Source: an uncultured virus (IMG/VR IMGVR_UViG_2061766007_000148) (lineage: Duplodnaviria > Heunggongvirae > Uroviricota > Caudoviricetes). Taken from it: a DNA stretch of 64,000 nucleotides. Both the position numbers and the translations under genes were made by a program. The stretch lies in IMG/VR virus record IMGVR_UViG_2061766007_000148. One strand, given 5' to 3'. The notes under the pieces are model-generated. The model did not search any database, was not told the DNA's origin, and was given only the letters and a program-made list of their open reading frames with translations. This document shows, in pieces, positions 30,695 to 40,544 of this stretch (the first letter of the stretch is position 1; every line of letters starts with the position of its first letter).

Positions 30695-31087
30695 TTAATC
30701 CTGTCCGCCACGACGAATCAGACCGATTGCACCCATGATTGCCGCTGCTGCAACAATTATGATTACAATTGCGATAAGACCGTAACCGGATGCGGTTGTG
30801 GTCTCAATCGAGTTCTGAAGACCGTAGTAGGGCGAGCTTTCGTTGACAGCGGGCATTGCCTGCTGAACACTTGACAGAATGATAACACCGATGGAAATCA
30901 CGATGGCAAGTGCAATGAATGATGTTACGACACTGCCGAGCAGGTCAGCAAAACCATTCTCATTAAGTCCGAGTGTGGTTGAGGTCTCCTTGCGAAGTCC
31001 TGCAAATACACTCTCCCCCGATCCATATGACATAGCTCTGCGGGCGACGATGCCGCCTACCGAGCTGAGCTTTTCTTTAAGACTCAT
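30695..31087 (-). CDS. putative major capsid protein (spindle-virus/pilin-like two-helix hairpin), copy A
   Basis: hydrophilic leader ending NENG-F, two long hydrophobic helices with an NES sequon in the linker, basic tail; first gene after the conserved promoter. Confidence 0.6.
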   Translation of the reverse strand: MSLKEKLSSVGGIVARRAMSYGSGESVFAGLRKETSTTLGLNENGFADLLGSVVTSFIALAIVISIGVIILSSVQQAMPAVNESSPYYGLQNSIETTTASGYGLIAIVIIIVAAAAIMGAIGLIRRGGQD

Positions 31088-31122
31088 AACTAATATTTTC
31101 CTCCCAATCTATGATTGTACAT

Positions 31123-31148
31123 AGGGAATATATAAAAATACATTATAA
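31123..31148 (-). promoter_or_regulatory. conserved virus promoter (capsid operon A)
   Basis: TTATAATGTATTTTTATATATTCCCT on the minus strand. Confidence 0.85.
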
Positions 31149-31228
31149 TCGGGGCTTTGCCCCCCTGTCCGGCAGCCGATTTTGGTTTCATCAACACATA
31201 TCGCGGCATTCATAAAATCATCCACGCA

Positions 31229-31254
31229 TTGTAATGTATTGTTAAATATACCCG
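31229..31254 (+). promoter_or_regulatory. conserved virus promoter
   Basis: TTGTAATGTATTGTTAAATATACCCG. Confidence 0.75.
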
Positions 31255-31276
31255 TCTACATAAATATCCTGTTAAG

Positions 31277-31693
31277 GTGAAATATATGCAAAAAGTAAAG
31301 AAAGCGCAAAATGTAAAGGATATTTACTGTGTATCTCCACCAGTTATAATCGATAGAGAAAATAATTGGGTCTTGTATCAGTGTCAACTCCCCGATTATG
31401 AAATGTTACCTCTCTATCTCATAGTTCATAACAACAAAGTTGTTTGCGGGATAATGAATAAGATGTACTTAGCAGTTATAGAACGTGATAATACACATGA
31501 TGTTGAGAAAATTGGGAAATTATCTCCAAAAGCAACCATATCAGGGATATCTACAACAATACAATATTATAATGCAAAGAAAATACCCCAAAAACCACAT
31601 TTGGATTTTTCTTATAAAACGCAGTCTTGGGCGGCAAGTCTGTTGCCTAAAAAAATTTGGGATTATCTAAAAGCACACAAAATAATCTTATAA
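31277..31693 (+). CDS. family F1 small basic protein
   Basis: LIVHNNKVV and IGKLSPK motifs. Confidence 0.75.
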   Translation: MKYMQKVKKAQNVKDIYCVSPPVIIDRENNWVLYQCQLPDYEMLPLYLIVHNNKVVCGIMNKMYLAVIERDNTHDVEKIGKLSPKATISGISTTIQYYNAKKIPQKPHLDFSYKTQSWAASLLPKKIWDYLKAHKIIL

Positions 31694-31738
31694 ATACTCT
31701 TTTTTCACATTCTACAATCATCTAATTTTAAGGTTGAG

Positions 31739-31764
31739 TTATAATGTATCTTTAAGAATACCCT
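31739..31764 (+). promoter_or_regulatory. conserved virus promoter
   Basis: TTATAATGTATCTTTAAGAATACCCT. Confidence 0.8.
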
Positions 31765-31792
31765 ATGATCATACATTTCTCCGGGGATAATC

Positions 31793-32197
31793 ATGTATTA
31801 TACAACTAAAAAGTCACAAAAAAGAGTTGCAAATTTAGGATACGGATGGGCAATTAATCATGCCAAGATTTCAGCCAATCACGGTGCCGATCACGGTGCC
31901 GATCACGGTGTCGATCACGGTGTGATGAATATCTATTTTATCACACATAATTCAAAGATATTTTGTGCTCTTATAAATGGAGGATGTTACAAAGTAATTT
32001 CTCCGTACGGTGATGACATGACTGAAAGAATTTCACCGAATCAGTTCTTAGACGGTTTTGGTGTGGATAGGAACGGTCGATTTATCGGTATGTCTTTTGA
32101 TAAAGTACCTATGACTTTTGCCAAAAAGAATTTGCCCGAAACCGTTTATAAGAAAATGTCTGAGTTCTCAAGATTTCAGAACAGCTACGGGTATTAA
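31793..32197 (+). CDS. family F1 protein; homologue of 57049
   Basis: LGYGWAI, ITHNSKI and ERISPNQF motifs. Confidence 0.8.
   Translation: MYYTTKKSQKRVANLGYGWAINHAKISANHGADHGADHGVDHGVMNIYFITHNSKIFCALINGGCYKVISPYGDDMTERISPNQFLDGFGVDRNGRFIGMSFDKVPMTFAKKNLPETVYKKMSEFSRFQNSYGY
31878..31925 (+). repeat. 4 x 12-bp coding tandem repeat (DHGA/DHGV)
   Basis: ATCACGGTGCCG-type units. Confidence 0.85.
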
Positions 32198-32259
32198 TCA
32201 TAACCCGCTTTCCTTTTTTTAAATCTATTCTGTGTCAGGTTTTCAATATATTGTCCTGA

Positions 32260-32285
32260 TTATAATGTATCTTTAAGAATACCCT
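32260..32285 (+). promoter_or_regulatory. conserved virus promoter
   Basis: TTATAATGTATCTTTAAGAATACCCT, identical to the 31739 copy. Confidence 0.8.
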
Positions 32286-32328
32286 TTGAGAATACATATT
32301 ACACAATCCCAAATTTTGGGGTGATATC

Positions 32329-32724
32329 ATGGTATCGAGGCATTCAAAAACAAGATCTAAATCCGTCGCCGCAAGGGAAATCCCTTCGGGATGGTCTGTT
32401 GAGTATTACAAACCGAGGAATTCTGACGGCAGAGTAAATGTCGGTCTGGTAGTCCATAACAACAGGGTAATTATCGGGTTCGATTTTGCTCACTTTATGA
32501 AGTTTAAGGCAGTCTATCCGAAATTTGCTTTGGATATGCCCAAGTCTGTGAGAAAAGACATTACGGGCAAGATTACGCCTGACAATTTCATTGCCATGGA
32601 CTTTGTGAATGAGATTGAGGCATATGAGATATCCGATGATGCCGCAAAGAGACTCATTCCCGACACGCTCTACAAAAGAATTAAAGCCGGGTTTGAACCG
32701 ACGGTTACAATTTCGGTTCGCTGA
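32329..32724 (+). CDS. family F1 protein
   Basis: VVHNNRVI and ITGKITPDNF motifs. Confidence 0.8.
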   Translation: MVSRHSKTRSKSVAAREIPSGWSVEYYKPRNSDGRVNVGLVVHNNRVIIGFDFAHFMKFKAVYPKFALDMPKSVRKDITGKITPDNFIAMDFVNEIEAYEISDDAAKRLIPDTLYKRIKAGFEPTVTISVR

Positions 32725-32743
32725 AACATAAGGGGGAAATAAT

Positions 32744-33121
32744 ATGGTACACTTATTAGATGGAACATGGGCAGCCATAACAGTTAATAACAGACCCGCG
32801 TTTTTTGAGATCCCGCCGATAACAAGTCCGTGGACATTCATATTTAAAAACGATAAGTTACGTTATGTAGTTATTCGTGGAGGTCTCTATGTTTTATTTG
32901 TCAACGGATTAAATCTCTATTCGGGGAAAATCACGAAGTCTCCGCAAGAACAAGTGGGTTCTATAATTGATTCTTTTATAATGAACCCTCATGACTTTGA
33001 TTTACTTCGTGAGATACACGATCCCATAAAAACATTAAAAGAAATGGGTGCCCCCACATCTTTTATTAATGAATTAGGTCTTAAGAAAACCACTTCACGC
33101 ACTGTAAGGATAAGGAAGTGA
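32744..33121 (+). CDS. F1-related protein
   Basis: PWTFIFKNDKLRYV motif shared with 33715 and 37801. Confidence 0.75.
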   Translation: MVHLLDGTWAAITVNNRPAFFEIPPITSPWTFIFKNDKLRYVVIRGGLYVLFVNGLNLYSGKITKSPQEQVGSIIDSFIMNPHDFDLLREIHDPIKTLKEMGAPTSFINELGLKKTTSRTVRIRK

Positions 33122-33127
33122 TGCCAG

Positions 33128-33718
33128 ATGGAGTTTTACAGGTCAAAACCAAAATTAACTAAAAAAGAATTGAATAAATGGTATAAGGAAGATTATATAC
33201 AGATTGTAAATAACCCTGTTAAAACCGTTGGGGAATGGAGTCTTATAACAGTAACCTCCCCCTATTCGTCGTCAAAATCTGATTGGTATCCCCATAAGTA
33301 TGTATTGCGTAATAACAAGGTAATGTTTAGTATAGGTTGGGCATCATATACCAATACACCTGATAGAGGTGGAAATTCATGGAGTGCATATAACCCAAAA
33401 ACTGATAAATGGGTAGATGTGGCAGGTAAATACACTTTAAAATCATTTTTACAAAAAGCCTACAATCAAGAAATCATTCAGGATATTAAACCTTTAACAA
33501 GCACGGATTTATGGAATAAATATAAAATCCCTCTGTCTGTATTGAATAAATTTGGGTATGTTACAAAACCATCGCCAGCAACGCAAACACTGTATCAAAA
33601 ATCCGCATTTGCTAAGGATCAATATAAATGGTGGGTAGATGATATAAAAACTGCAAGGAAAAGAGGATACAAATACAACAATAAAGACAAGTGGGTTCCG
33701 GGGTGGATGAGGATATGA
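33128..33718 (+). CDS. family F1 protein; paralogue of 34671
   Basis: VLRNNKVM and VAGKYTLK motifs. Confidence 0.8.
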   Translation: MEFYRSKPKLTKKELNKWYKEDYIQIVNNPVKTVGEWSLITVTSPYSSSKSDWYPHKYVLRNNKVMFSIGWASYTNTPDRGGNSWSAYNPKTDKWVDVAGKYTLKSFLQKAYNQEIIQDIKPLTSTDLWNKYKIPLSVLNKFGYVTKPSPATQTLYQKSAFAKDQYKWWVDDIKTARKRGYKYNNKDKWVPGWMRI

Positions 33719-34099
33719 CAAAAAGAATCACGTCCAGAAAGGCAAAAAATGTATATGGGGATTGGGAAGTTGTTACATTAAATCCGGGGGGATTCAGATT
33801 CTCATTCCCATGGAAATTTGTATTTCTGGATAATATATTGAGATTTGTGCTTATTAAGGGAAAAATGTACTCATTAATAGTTGATGATCCAATGTTAGGT
33901 GTTTTAATTAATTATGGGCATATATCCCCTAAAAAACTGATTCAAGATGTTTATGATGCTATTCAATACGGGGAGTATGAATTGCATCGTATAAAAGAAC
34001 TGGNNNNNNNNNNNNNNNNNNNNNNNNNNGTCATTAGACATTGAGGGGACGCCGCTGTTAGAAAATAAGGAATTACCCGGACGCAATAAAAGGAGATGA
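33715..34099 (+). CDS. F1-related protein; paralogue of 37801 (spans an N gap)
   Basis: ITSRKAKN.YGDWEVVT; frame after the gap ends LPGRNKRR, like 37801. Confidence 0.7.
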
Positions 34100-34524
34100 T
34101 TAAAATGCCAACTAAAAGTTCAAAAAATACGAAGTATAACTGGAATCCCAAAACAGACCTTATGCAGATTCATCCGGTTATGGTCATCGGAGATTATGCA
34201 TTCGTGGATGTATTTGCCCGTTATGGAACCGAATATATCCTCCCGCGCAGATATTTCCTACACAAAAATAAAGTGGTTTTAGTCTATGATAGATCCAAAT
34301 TTAAAAAATTGTATTTAACATCGACAGACAGCAGAGGTAATCGTAAGATAAAGTATTCTGCAACGGGTAGATACACACTGAACTCACTTTTGGATAAAGA
34401 AGCCAAGGGTTTGATCTATATGGAGAACATACCTGACATTGAAGTTCTGAATTACATCCCGCTATACGTGATGGAAAGGTTCGGATATGTGATGATTGAT
34501 CGGGTCTGGACGTTCAGGCATTAA
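34096..34524 (+). CDS. family F1 protein; near-duplicate of 38232
   Basis: LHKNKVV and ATGRYTLN motifs. Confidence 0.8.
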   Translation: MIKMPTKSSKNTKYNWNPKTDLMQIHPVMVIGDYAFVDVFARYGTEYILPRRYFLHKNKVVLVYDRSKFKKLYLTSTDSRGNRKIKYSATGRYTLNSLLDKEAKGLIYMENIPDIEVLNYIPLYVMERFGYVMIDRVWTFRH

Positions 34525-34600
34525 GCAGTAATCATCAAAAGGTGCTTTGCACCATCCTATTTTTTATATTCAGTCAGATTCTTGTCCGAAATGCCCTTCT

Positions 34601-34626
34601 TTATAATGTATTTTTATCAATACCCT
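34601..34626 (+). promoter_or_regulatory. conserved virus promoter
   Basis: TTATAATGTATTTTTATCAATACCCT. Confidence 0.8.
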
Positions 34627-34670
34627 TTGGGAATACATATTACATAATCCCAAATAATGGGGGGGATTTT

Positions 34671-35237
34671 ATGAGACCGAATTTAACTAAAAAAGAGTTA
34701 AGTAAGTGGTATAGGGACGAGTACATGAAGATTGCAAGTCACCCTGTACAAACAGTCGGGGAATGGAGCCTCGTGAAAGTGACATCTCCCTATGTACATA
34801 AGCCAATTTACAACAAGCGTGACTTTTATCTATCTACTTTCGTATTGCGTAATAATAAAGTGATGTTCAGTATTGATAACAGCCCAGAACTGGAATCTGA
34901 GAGAAGGGGTAGTTCATGGTATGCATTTAACTTTAATACGGATAAATGGGTAGATGTTGCGGGGAAATACACCTTAAAAACATTTATAAAAAAAGCCTAT
35001 AATCAAGAAGTCTTCAGAGGAGCAACGAATCTGACAGCTACGGACTTATGGAACAGATATAAAATACCTCTATCTGTATTGAACAAATTCGGATTTGTCA
35101 CCATTCCTATGGCAAGCTCAAGTTATCTGTATCAAAAATCCGCATTTACAGATGATGTGTATGATCTGTGGCGTGAAAATTTAAGAGATGCAAGAAAAGC
35201 CGGACTCAAATACAATAACAAAGACAGGTGGGTATAG
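34671..35237 (+). CDS. family F1 protein; paralogue of 33128
   Basis: G7 RBS before ATG 34671; VLRNNKVM and VAGKYTLK motifs. Confidence 0.8.
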   Translation: MRPNLTKKELSKWYRDEYMKIASHPVQTVGEWSLVKVTSPYVHKPIYNKRDFYLSTFVLRNNKVMFSIDNSPELESERRGSSWYAFNFNTDKWVDVAGKYTLKTFIKKAYNQEVFRGATNLTATDLWNRYKIPLSVLNKFGFVTIPMASSSYLYQKSAFTDDVYDLWRENLRDARKAGLKYNNKDRWV

Positions 35238-35248
35238 GAGGTATTAAA

Positions 35249-35668
35249 ATGGTAAAAATAAACAACAACATTCGTGGACTAAAATTAAATCATAGTGGGG
35301 GCAATGACCCGTATGATAGGTATAAGAGAAAACATACTAACAAAGGTTACACATATATTTTGGATGATAATAACCGTGTAATTTTTATTGTATTGGATTC
35401 TGAGCCATACATTCTATATACATATGAGGCAGTCAATCCATTTGGGGGAACGGATGAAGTAGAGGTTCCCTATACTGTATATATGTTTGAGAAAAAATTA
35501 AACGCGGGTCAAATCAGGCTCTCATACATGGGGCGACCCCCAATGAGATTTACTATGAATAACCCCGCACGAAATCTGTACACAGGTTATCAAAGCAGAA
35601 AGAAGAGTAATCAGATGATTAAGTGGTATTATGATCCTGCTTATAAAGCAAGGAACAAGAGGAGATGA
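35249..35668 (+). CDS. F1-related protein
   Basis: YILDDNNRVI motif; GGAGG RBS. Confidence 0.7.
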   Translation: MVKINNNIRGLKLNHSGGNDPYDRYKRKHTNKGYTYILDDNNRVIFIVLDSEPYILYTYEAVNPFGGTDEVEVPYTVYMFEKKLNAGQIRLSYMGRPPMRFTMNNPARNLYTGYQSRKKSNQMIKWYYDPAYKARNKRR

Positions 35669-36054
35669 TTAAATTGTCAAAAACACATGAAGTATTAGGG
35701 GCATTCAACTTGTTTTTCGGCATCGGATCGGACAACAAGGTGCATTATATTAGACCTTTATCATCTTATGAAAAAATGTTTCCTGAGAAGATAGTTCATA
35801 CCCCGCAAGGTAAGTTTTTATCGCCATGTTCCGGGGAATATACTCAAAAACAAATAACTAATAAGATATATAAGCATGAAATTGTTTTGGTAGGGAATAA
35901 TGGGGTAATTATTTTCCCCCCTAAAAATGCCAAAAAACTGTATCATTTATTTAGAGGTACTAATGGAGGATTAGTGCATTACCCGGACAAATCGGGTCTG
36001 GCTAAGACTATAAATTTACCCCCGCATATAAATCGAGAACAGGTTTTTGATAAG
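35665..36054 (+). CDS. family F1 protein, 3' end lost in N gap; paralogue of 52029
   Basis: PCSGEYTQKQITNKIYK motif. Confidence 0.7.
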
Positions 36055-36237
36055 NNNNNNNNNNNNNNNNNNNNNNNNNNNNNNNNNNNNNNNNNNNNNN
36101 NNNNNNNNNNNNNNNNNNNNNNNNNNNNNNNNNNNNNNNNNNNNNNNNNNNNNNNNNNNNNNNNNNNNNNNNNNNNNNNNTTTTCTTTTTTTGTCACATG
36201 CTCTTTAATCTGTGTAAAATTCTCAGATCCCCGTTGA

Positions 36238-36263
36238 TTATAATGTATTTTTATTAATACCCT
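36238..36263 (+). promoter_or_regulatory. conserved virus promoter
   Basis: TTATAATGTATTTTTATTAATACCCT. Confidence 0.8.
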
Positions 36264-36288
36264 CTATAAAAAATATATGTGATTAAAA

Positions 36289-36618
36289 ATGATATCTACC
36301 GAAAACTCACAGAGTATATTTCAGAAAATATATCGCAGATTGACAACCCCGTGTATTGGGGCTGTGTATGTCGTCGGGGGATTATGCATGATGTTTGTGT
36401 ATGTGACGATAAGTATTGTTCAGCTGAATTGTCCTGAGCTTTTGAATACCGTAACTGATTATTATAAAGCGGTATCTGATTTCAGCACACTGTGTCTTAT
36501 GTCGATGTTCCTGACGGCATGGTATTATCGTGAAAAATCCATGTCAAAAAGATATATCTCGGATGTTAAAGTCTGGAAAGAGTTCTATCAGGAACACTCC
36601 GGTGAGGTTACGGATTAA
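36289..36618 (+). CDS. 2-TM membrane protein F5; homologue of 44818
   Basis: 2 TMs; VKVWKEFYQEH tail. Confidence 0.75.
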   Translation: MISTENSQSIFQKIYRRLTTPCIGAVYVVGGLCMMFVYVTISIVQLNCPELLNTVTDYYKAVSDFSTLCLMSMFLTAWYYREKSMSKRYISDVKVWKEFYQEHSGEVTD

Positions 36619-36651
36619 TCGGAAATATTAACCAAATAAGGATTTGAAAAC

Positions 36652-37032
36652 ATGTCATTACTCGAAAAGATGTCTAATGTCTATAACAACGTAGTTGAGT
36701 GTTGGAACAAACCGACAATGCATAACGTATTCAGATTGGGGATGTTATGGTGTATATTATACGTTATTGTTGCCTCTCTGATAATTATCCTTGCTGCCGC
36801 ATCATTCCCTCAGAACTTTATTATCGTAACCGATGATACGGAGGTCATCACGGATTCCCCGATTGTTATTGACCTGAGATTTTTGGGCGTGTGGTCTATG
36901 TACGGTCTGTACGGGTTGGATGCCGCGATATTAATCATGATTGCATATTTCGCCAGACTGTCTTTGAGATACAGGGAGACGGTCAAAAAGTGGAAAGCAT
37001 TCTATGATGAGCATCATCCGCAGAATGCCTGA
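36652..37032 (+). CDS. 2-TM membrane protein F5; homologue of 44440
   Basis: 2 TMs; VKKWKAFYDEH tail. Confidence 0.75.
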   Translation: MSLLEKMSNVYNNVVECWNKPTMHNVFRLGMLWCILYVIVASLIIILAAASFPQNFIIVTDDTEVITDSPIVIDLRFLGVWSMYGLYGLDAAILIMIAYFARLSLRYRETVKKWKAFYDEHHPQNA

Positions 37033-37088
37033 AAAATATCTTTTTTTTTACAAATTATTCGGTTAAATTTCAGCTTAAAAAAGAATTT

Positions 37089-37517
37089 TTAAAGATGTTT
37101 CAGAATTTCCTGCCAAGGTGCTTTGTATTCGTAATTGTCCTTGGGTTTTTTGCCGCGGCTGCGTGAGCTCTTCGGTGCCGAAGACGGAGATTTGCGCAAC
37201 GCGGTTTTAATTATCTCCTCGCGTATCCTGTCACGACGTTGATCGGGTGTCGCATACGGAATTTCACGGTCAACCTTTTCCGTGATGTGTTTCATCTCCG
37301 CATTATCCGTCGGCACCACACGAATTGACCGATTGTGTGCCTGACGTTCGCGTTCGTTACGGAAATAAAATCTGCCGAGGATTTCCTCTTCGGGAGAGAT
37401 ATACATCCTTTTGTAGGCATCGTCGTATGAATATCCCCAATCGAGGAGATATTCATGCCTGAGACCCCGACGTTCGGGATGAAGTCTCTTGGCAATTACT
37501 ATGTAACTTTGCGGTGA
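37089..37517 (-). CDS. basic protein, near-duplicate of the 43377/44005-44407 gene (5' end in N gap)
   Basis: SPQSYIVIAKRLHPERR...KAPWQEILKHL. Confidence 0.7.
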   Translation of the reverse strand, partial: SPQSYIVIAKRLHPERRGLRHEYLLDWGYSYDDAYKRMYISPEEEILGRFYFRNERERQAHNRSIRVVPTDNAEMKHITEKVDREIPYATPDQRRDRIREEIIKTALRKSPSSAPKSSRSRGKKPKDNYEYKAPWQEILKHL

Positions 37518-37800
37518 NNNNNNNNNNNNNNNNNNNNNNNNNNNNNNNNNNNNNNNNNNNNNNNNNNNNNNNNNNNNNNNNNNNNNNNNNNNNNNNNNNN
37601 NNNNCCCACCATGCGGAGAGTTGTTTGTTTTTTGATAAAGATATTTTTTAACACCCGAATCATCAATTACTGAGATTACATTTCCTTTTTTATCCAGAAT
37701 GTAATCAAAATAATCAAATCCCAAACNNNNNNNNNNGAGAGATGCAAGAAAAGCCGGACTCAAGTACAATAATAAAGACAGGTGGGAATAGGGGGAAAAA

Positions 37801-38235
37801 ATGACAATAAAAATCACATCAAGAAAGGCAAAAAACAATTATGGTGATTGGGAAGTTGTTACCGTGTCTTCCGACGGCAAAGTAAAATATAAACCATATC
37901 AGGACGGTAAACCGTTTAACGGAGAATATCGGTTCAATGATCCTTGGAAACTTGTTTTTTATAAGAACAGGTTAAGATATGTAGTTTGGGAGAAAGGTAG
38001 TTTGTTTATTATAGATGTGCCGTATTTGGTATTAGATTCAAGGATGCCTGCTAAAAAACAGGTTCAACAGATGATCCCTTATATTACAGACTATCAGGAT
38101 AATTGTATGTTATATCGTATGAATGATCTTGGTCTTTTAAAATATGCCCCCGTCGCGTTAATTAAGTCTTTGGGGATTACTGGTGCGCCAATGTGGGAAA
38201 TTAACGGGTTACCGGGAAGCAATAAGAAGAGATGA
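37801..38235 (+). CDS. F1-related protein; paralogue of 33715
   Basis: PWKLVFYKNRLRYV motif; GGGGGA RBS. Confidence 0.8.
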   Translation: MTIKITSRKAKNNYGDWEVVTVSSDGKVKYKPYQDGKPFNGEYRFNDPWKLVFYKNRLRYVVWEKGSLFIIDVPYLVLDSRMPAKKQVQQMIPYITDYQDNCMLYRMNDLGLLKYAPVALIKSLGITGAPMWEINGLPGSNKKR

Positions 38236-38681
38236 TTAAAATGCCAACTAAAAGCTCTAAAACTACTAAGTATAACTGGAATCCCAAAACTGACCTTATG
38301 CAAATTCATCCGGTTAAGGTCATCGGAGATTATGCAATCGTGGATGTATTAGCCCGTTATGGTACCGAATATATCCTTCCATGGAGATATTTCCTGCACA
38401 GAAATAAAGTGATATTAGTATTTGACGGATTAAAATTTAAAAAATTGTATTTAACATCGACAGACAGCAGAGGCAATCGTAAGATTAAGAGTTCTGTAAC
38501 GGGTAAATACACACTGACATCACTTTTGGATAAAGAAGCCAAGGGTTTGATCTATATGGAGAATATACCTGATATTGAAGTTCTGAAATACATCCCGCCA
38601 TACGTGATGGAAGGGTTTGGGTATAGTATCCCCTCGGTTACGAAGGGAATGCCTTTCATAATATGTCGTCTTTGGGGGTGA
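38232..38681 (+). CDS. family F1 protein; near-duplicate of 34096
   Basis: LHRNKVI and VTGKYTLT motifs. Confidence 0.8.
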   Translation: MIKMPTKSSKTTKYNWNPKTDLMQIHPVKVIGDYAIVDVLARYGTEYILPWRYFLHRNKVILVFDGLKFKKLYLTSTDSRGNRKIKSSVTGKYTLTSLLDKEAKGLIYMENIPDIEVLKYIPPYVMEGFGYSIPSVTKGMPFIICRLWG

Positions 38682-38686
38682 GAAAA

Positions 38687-39046
38687 ATGACAATCAAATA
38701 TAATCCTAAAGATACATGGAGCAAAACAAAAGGTATGCAGATCCGTTACAGAACGGGAATCTGGTCTTTTGTATTACGTAATAACAAAGTGTTTTGTGTT
38801 ATTTATAATGATTCTGACTCAGGTGATGTGTTATACAGATTGTATAGCAGAACCCCGAACCACGGGTCGGGCAGAGGATATACAAAAACGAGTGCAACGG
38901 GGAGGTATTCTCTTAATACCGTTCTTGAAAAACTGAGCTATACAGATTCACTGGGTATTGAACCGATGATGGACTCCGAGATTCCCGTACCTGTTTGGAA
39001 AGCTCTCGGTTACGATGTTTGGACAATTCATCCGAAAAGCAGGTAA
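38687..39046 (+). CDS. family F1 protein
   Basis: VLRNNKVF and ATGRYSLN motifs. Confidence 0.8.
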   Translation: MTIKYNPKDTWSKTKGMQIRYRTGIWSFVLRNNKVFCVIYNDSDSGDVLYRLYSRTPNHGSGRGYTKTSATGRYSLNTVLEKLSYTDSLGIEPMMDSEIPVPVWKALGYDVWTIHPKSR

Positions 39047-39114
39047 TTAGAAATATATATTTCTTTTTTCATTCGTTTTTACAATATATCTGTTTTTAAT
39101 CCATATCCTAAAAA

Positions 39115-39140
39115 TTGTAATGTATTTCTATATATTCCCT
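39115..39140 (+). promoter_or_regulatory. conserved virus promoter
   Basis: TTGTAATGTATTTCTATATATTCCCT. Confidence 0.85.
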
Positions 39141-39172
39141 CTTACAAATCTTAAAAATCAAAGGAGAAATTA

Positions 39173-39397
39173 ATGTCACGGTATGAAAACTGCGATTACG
39201 TCTGCGGTGCCTATGGGCATACTTTCGTAATCGACAAAAACGGTCGTGTTATCGGGGCATGGACTCCGAATGGTCAGAACTATAAACGACCATATAAGAC
39301 CATGCGCTATGTCGACGGTCTTGTGGACTGTGCGGGTGAATATACTCCTGAACAGGTTCGTGAAAAAATGTACAGAAAAACACTTTCATTCCTTTGA
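39173..39397 (+). CDS. minimal family F1 protein
   Basis: GAYG..FV.D.NGRVIGA...CAGEYTPEQVREKMY. Confidence 0.8.
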   Translation: MSRYENCDYVCGAYGHTFVIDKNGRVIGAWTPNGQNYKRPYKTMRYVDGLVDCAGEYTPEQVREKMYRKTLSFL

Positions 39398-39420
39398 AAG
39401 GAAATAAGGGGGAAAACAAA

Positions 39421-39663
39421 ATGGCAACAAGAAAATCAAAGAAAGAAGTTACAGGCGCATATGGGTGTGAATTTGTAACGAATGCTCGCGGATACGTTGT
39501 AGGGGCAATGTGTCCGCCGAGGTCATCTGCCGGAGAACTCGGCAGACAGTATCGTCATCCGTATAAGCCGTCAAAGTATGGTGGTCTCGACAACTGTGCC
39601 GGGGAATATACTCCTGAACAGGCTCGCCAGAAAATGTATAAGGGCACGCTGTCCTTCCACTGA
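39421..39663 (+). CDS. minimal family F1 protein
   Basis: MATRKSKK leader; CAGEYTPEQARQKMY motif. Confidence 0.8.
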   Translation: MATRKSKKEVTGAYGCEFVTNARGYVVGAMCPPRSSAGELGRQYRHPYKPSKYGGLDNCAGEYTPEQARQKMYKGTLSFH

Positions 39664-39684
39664 TTGATGATAGGGGGAATATCA

Positions 39685-40017
39685 ATGACTACTAAAAAAT
39701 TAAACTACTACGGACACTCTTTTCATGGAGATAATCATGATTCATACGAGTTTGCTGAGTTTTATAGCGATCCATATCTGAGTAAATTACGCAAGGTAAA
39801 GATTGTTCAAGAAAAATATTACAATCGTAATATGAATCTGCCATATTTTATTGTGGAATACAAAGGAGAAAGATATCAGGCAGTCAGAAATCCATTCCGA
39901 CAAAATGTGTTGGTTGTCAATGATCTCCGCAAAAGGAATTTCTTAAAAGATAGAATTCGATTGTATGATGAGGGTGTGCTCATGATGGATGTCAGATACG
40001 GTAGAGGGAATTGGTAA
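39685..40017 (+). CDS. small basic hypothetical protein
   Basis: MTTKK leader; GGGGGA RBS. Confidence 0.7.
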   Translation: MTTKKLNYYGHSFHGDNHDSYEFAEFYSDPYLSKLRKVKIVQEKYYNRNMNLPYFIVEYKGERYQAVRNPFRQNVLVVNDLRKRNFLKDRIRLYDEGVLMMDVRYGRGNW

Positions 40018-40048
40018 TTTTTACTAAAATTAAAGGAGAATTAATAAA

Positions 40049-40516
40049 ATGACAACAAGAAAATCAACAAAAAGAACTGTATCGCCGCCAAAGAGAATGT
40101 ATATAGATTATTCCCCGGATTTACAAATAAAAGAACCGGGGAAATATACACACTATGTACCTTTTGTAATTGAGGGTTATACTTCAAGGAAGCCCGTCTA
40201 TAATAACTATCTGGGGGATTCTGCACATTGGAATGTTGTGTATGATCGGAGAGGGCGTCCTTTAAATGAGTTCGATCTTATTGATAAACCACCAAGACAT
40301 TATGAGGTGTCTGTGCCAAGAGCAACATATGATAGAGCATATAAAAAAATACTTAAGATAGCGGAATTAAGGGATGAGGCAGATCGTATTAGGGGTATCT
40401 CTGGAGAAAACAAACCTTTTAACGTACGTGAAGTCTCTCGTGAAGTTATGGCAGATTTAGCCCGCAAAACCCGTGCGAGAAGGAGACGGTCTGGAAGAAC
40501 GTCATTAAGACGTTAA
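40049..40516 (+). CDS. family F2 basic protein (Arg-rich tail)
   Basis: YIDYSPDL, YEVSVP and LARKTRARRRRSGRTSLRR motifs. Confidence 0.8.
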   Translation: MTTRKSTKRTVSPPKRMYIDYSPDLQIKEPGKYTHYVPFVIEGYTSRKPVYNNYLGDSAHWNVVYDRRGRPLNEFDLIDKPPRHYEVSVPRATYDRAYKKILKIAELRDEADRIRGISGENKPFNVREVSREVMADLARKTRARRRRSGRTSLRR

Positions 40517-40544
40517 ATTCCATTTTTAAGAGGGGGAAACCAAA

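Noticed and set aside
37089..37838. 249-aa minus-strand ORF as one gene
   Set aside because: It is a chimera across three N gaps: antisense of a plus-strand gene end, a fragment of the 42876 duplicate, and the MFKSPQ-type gene.
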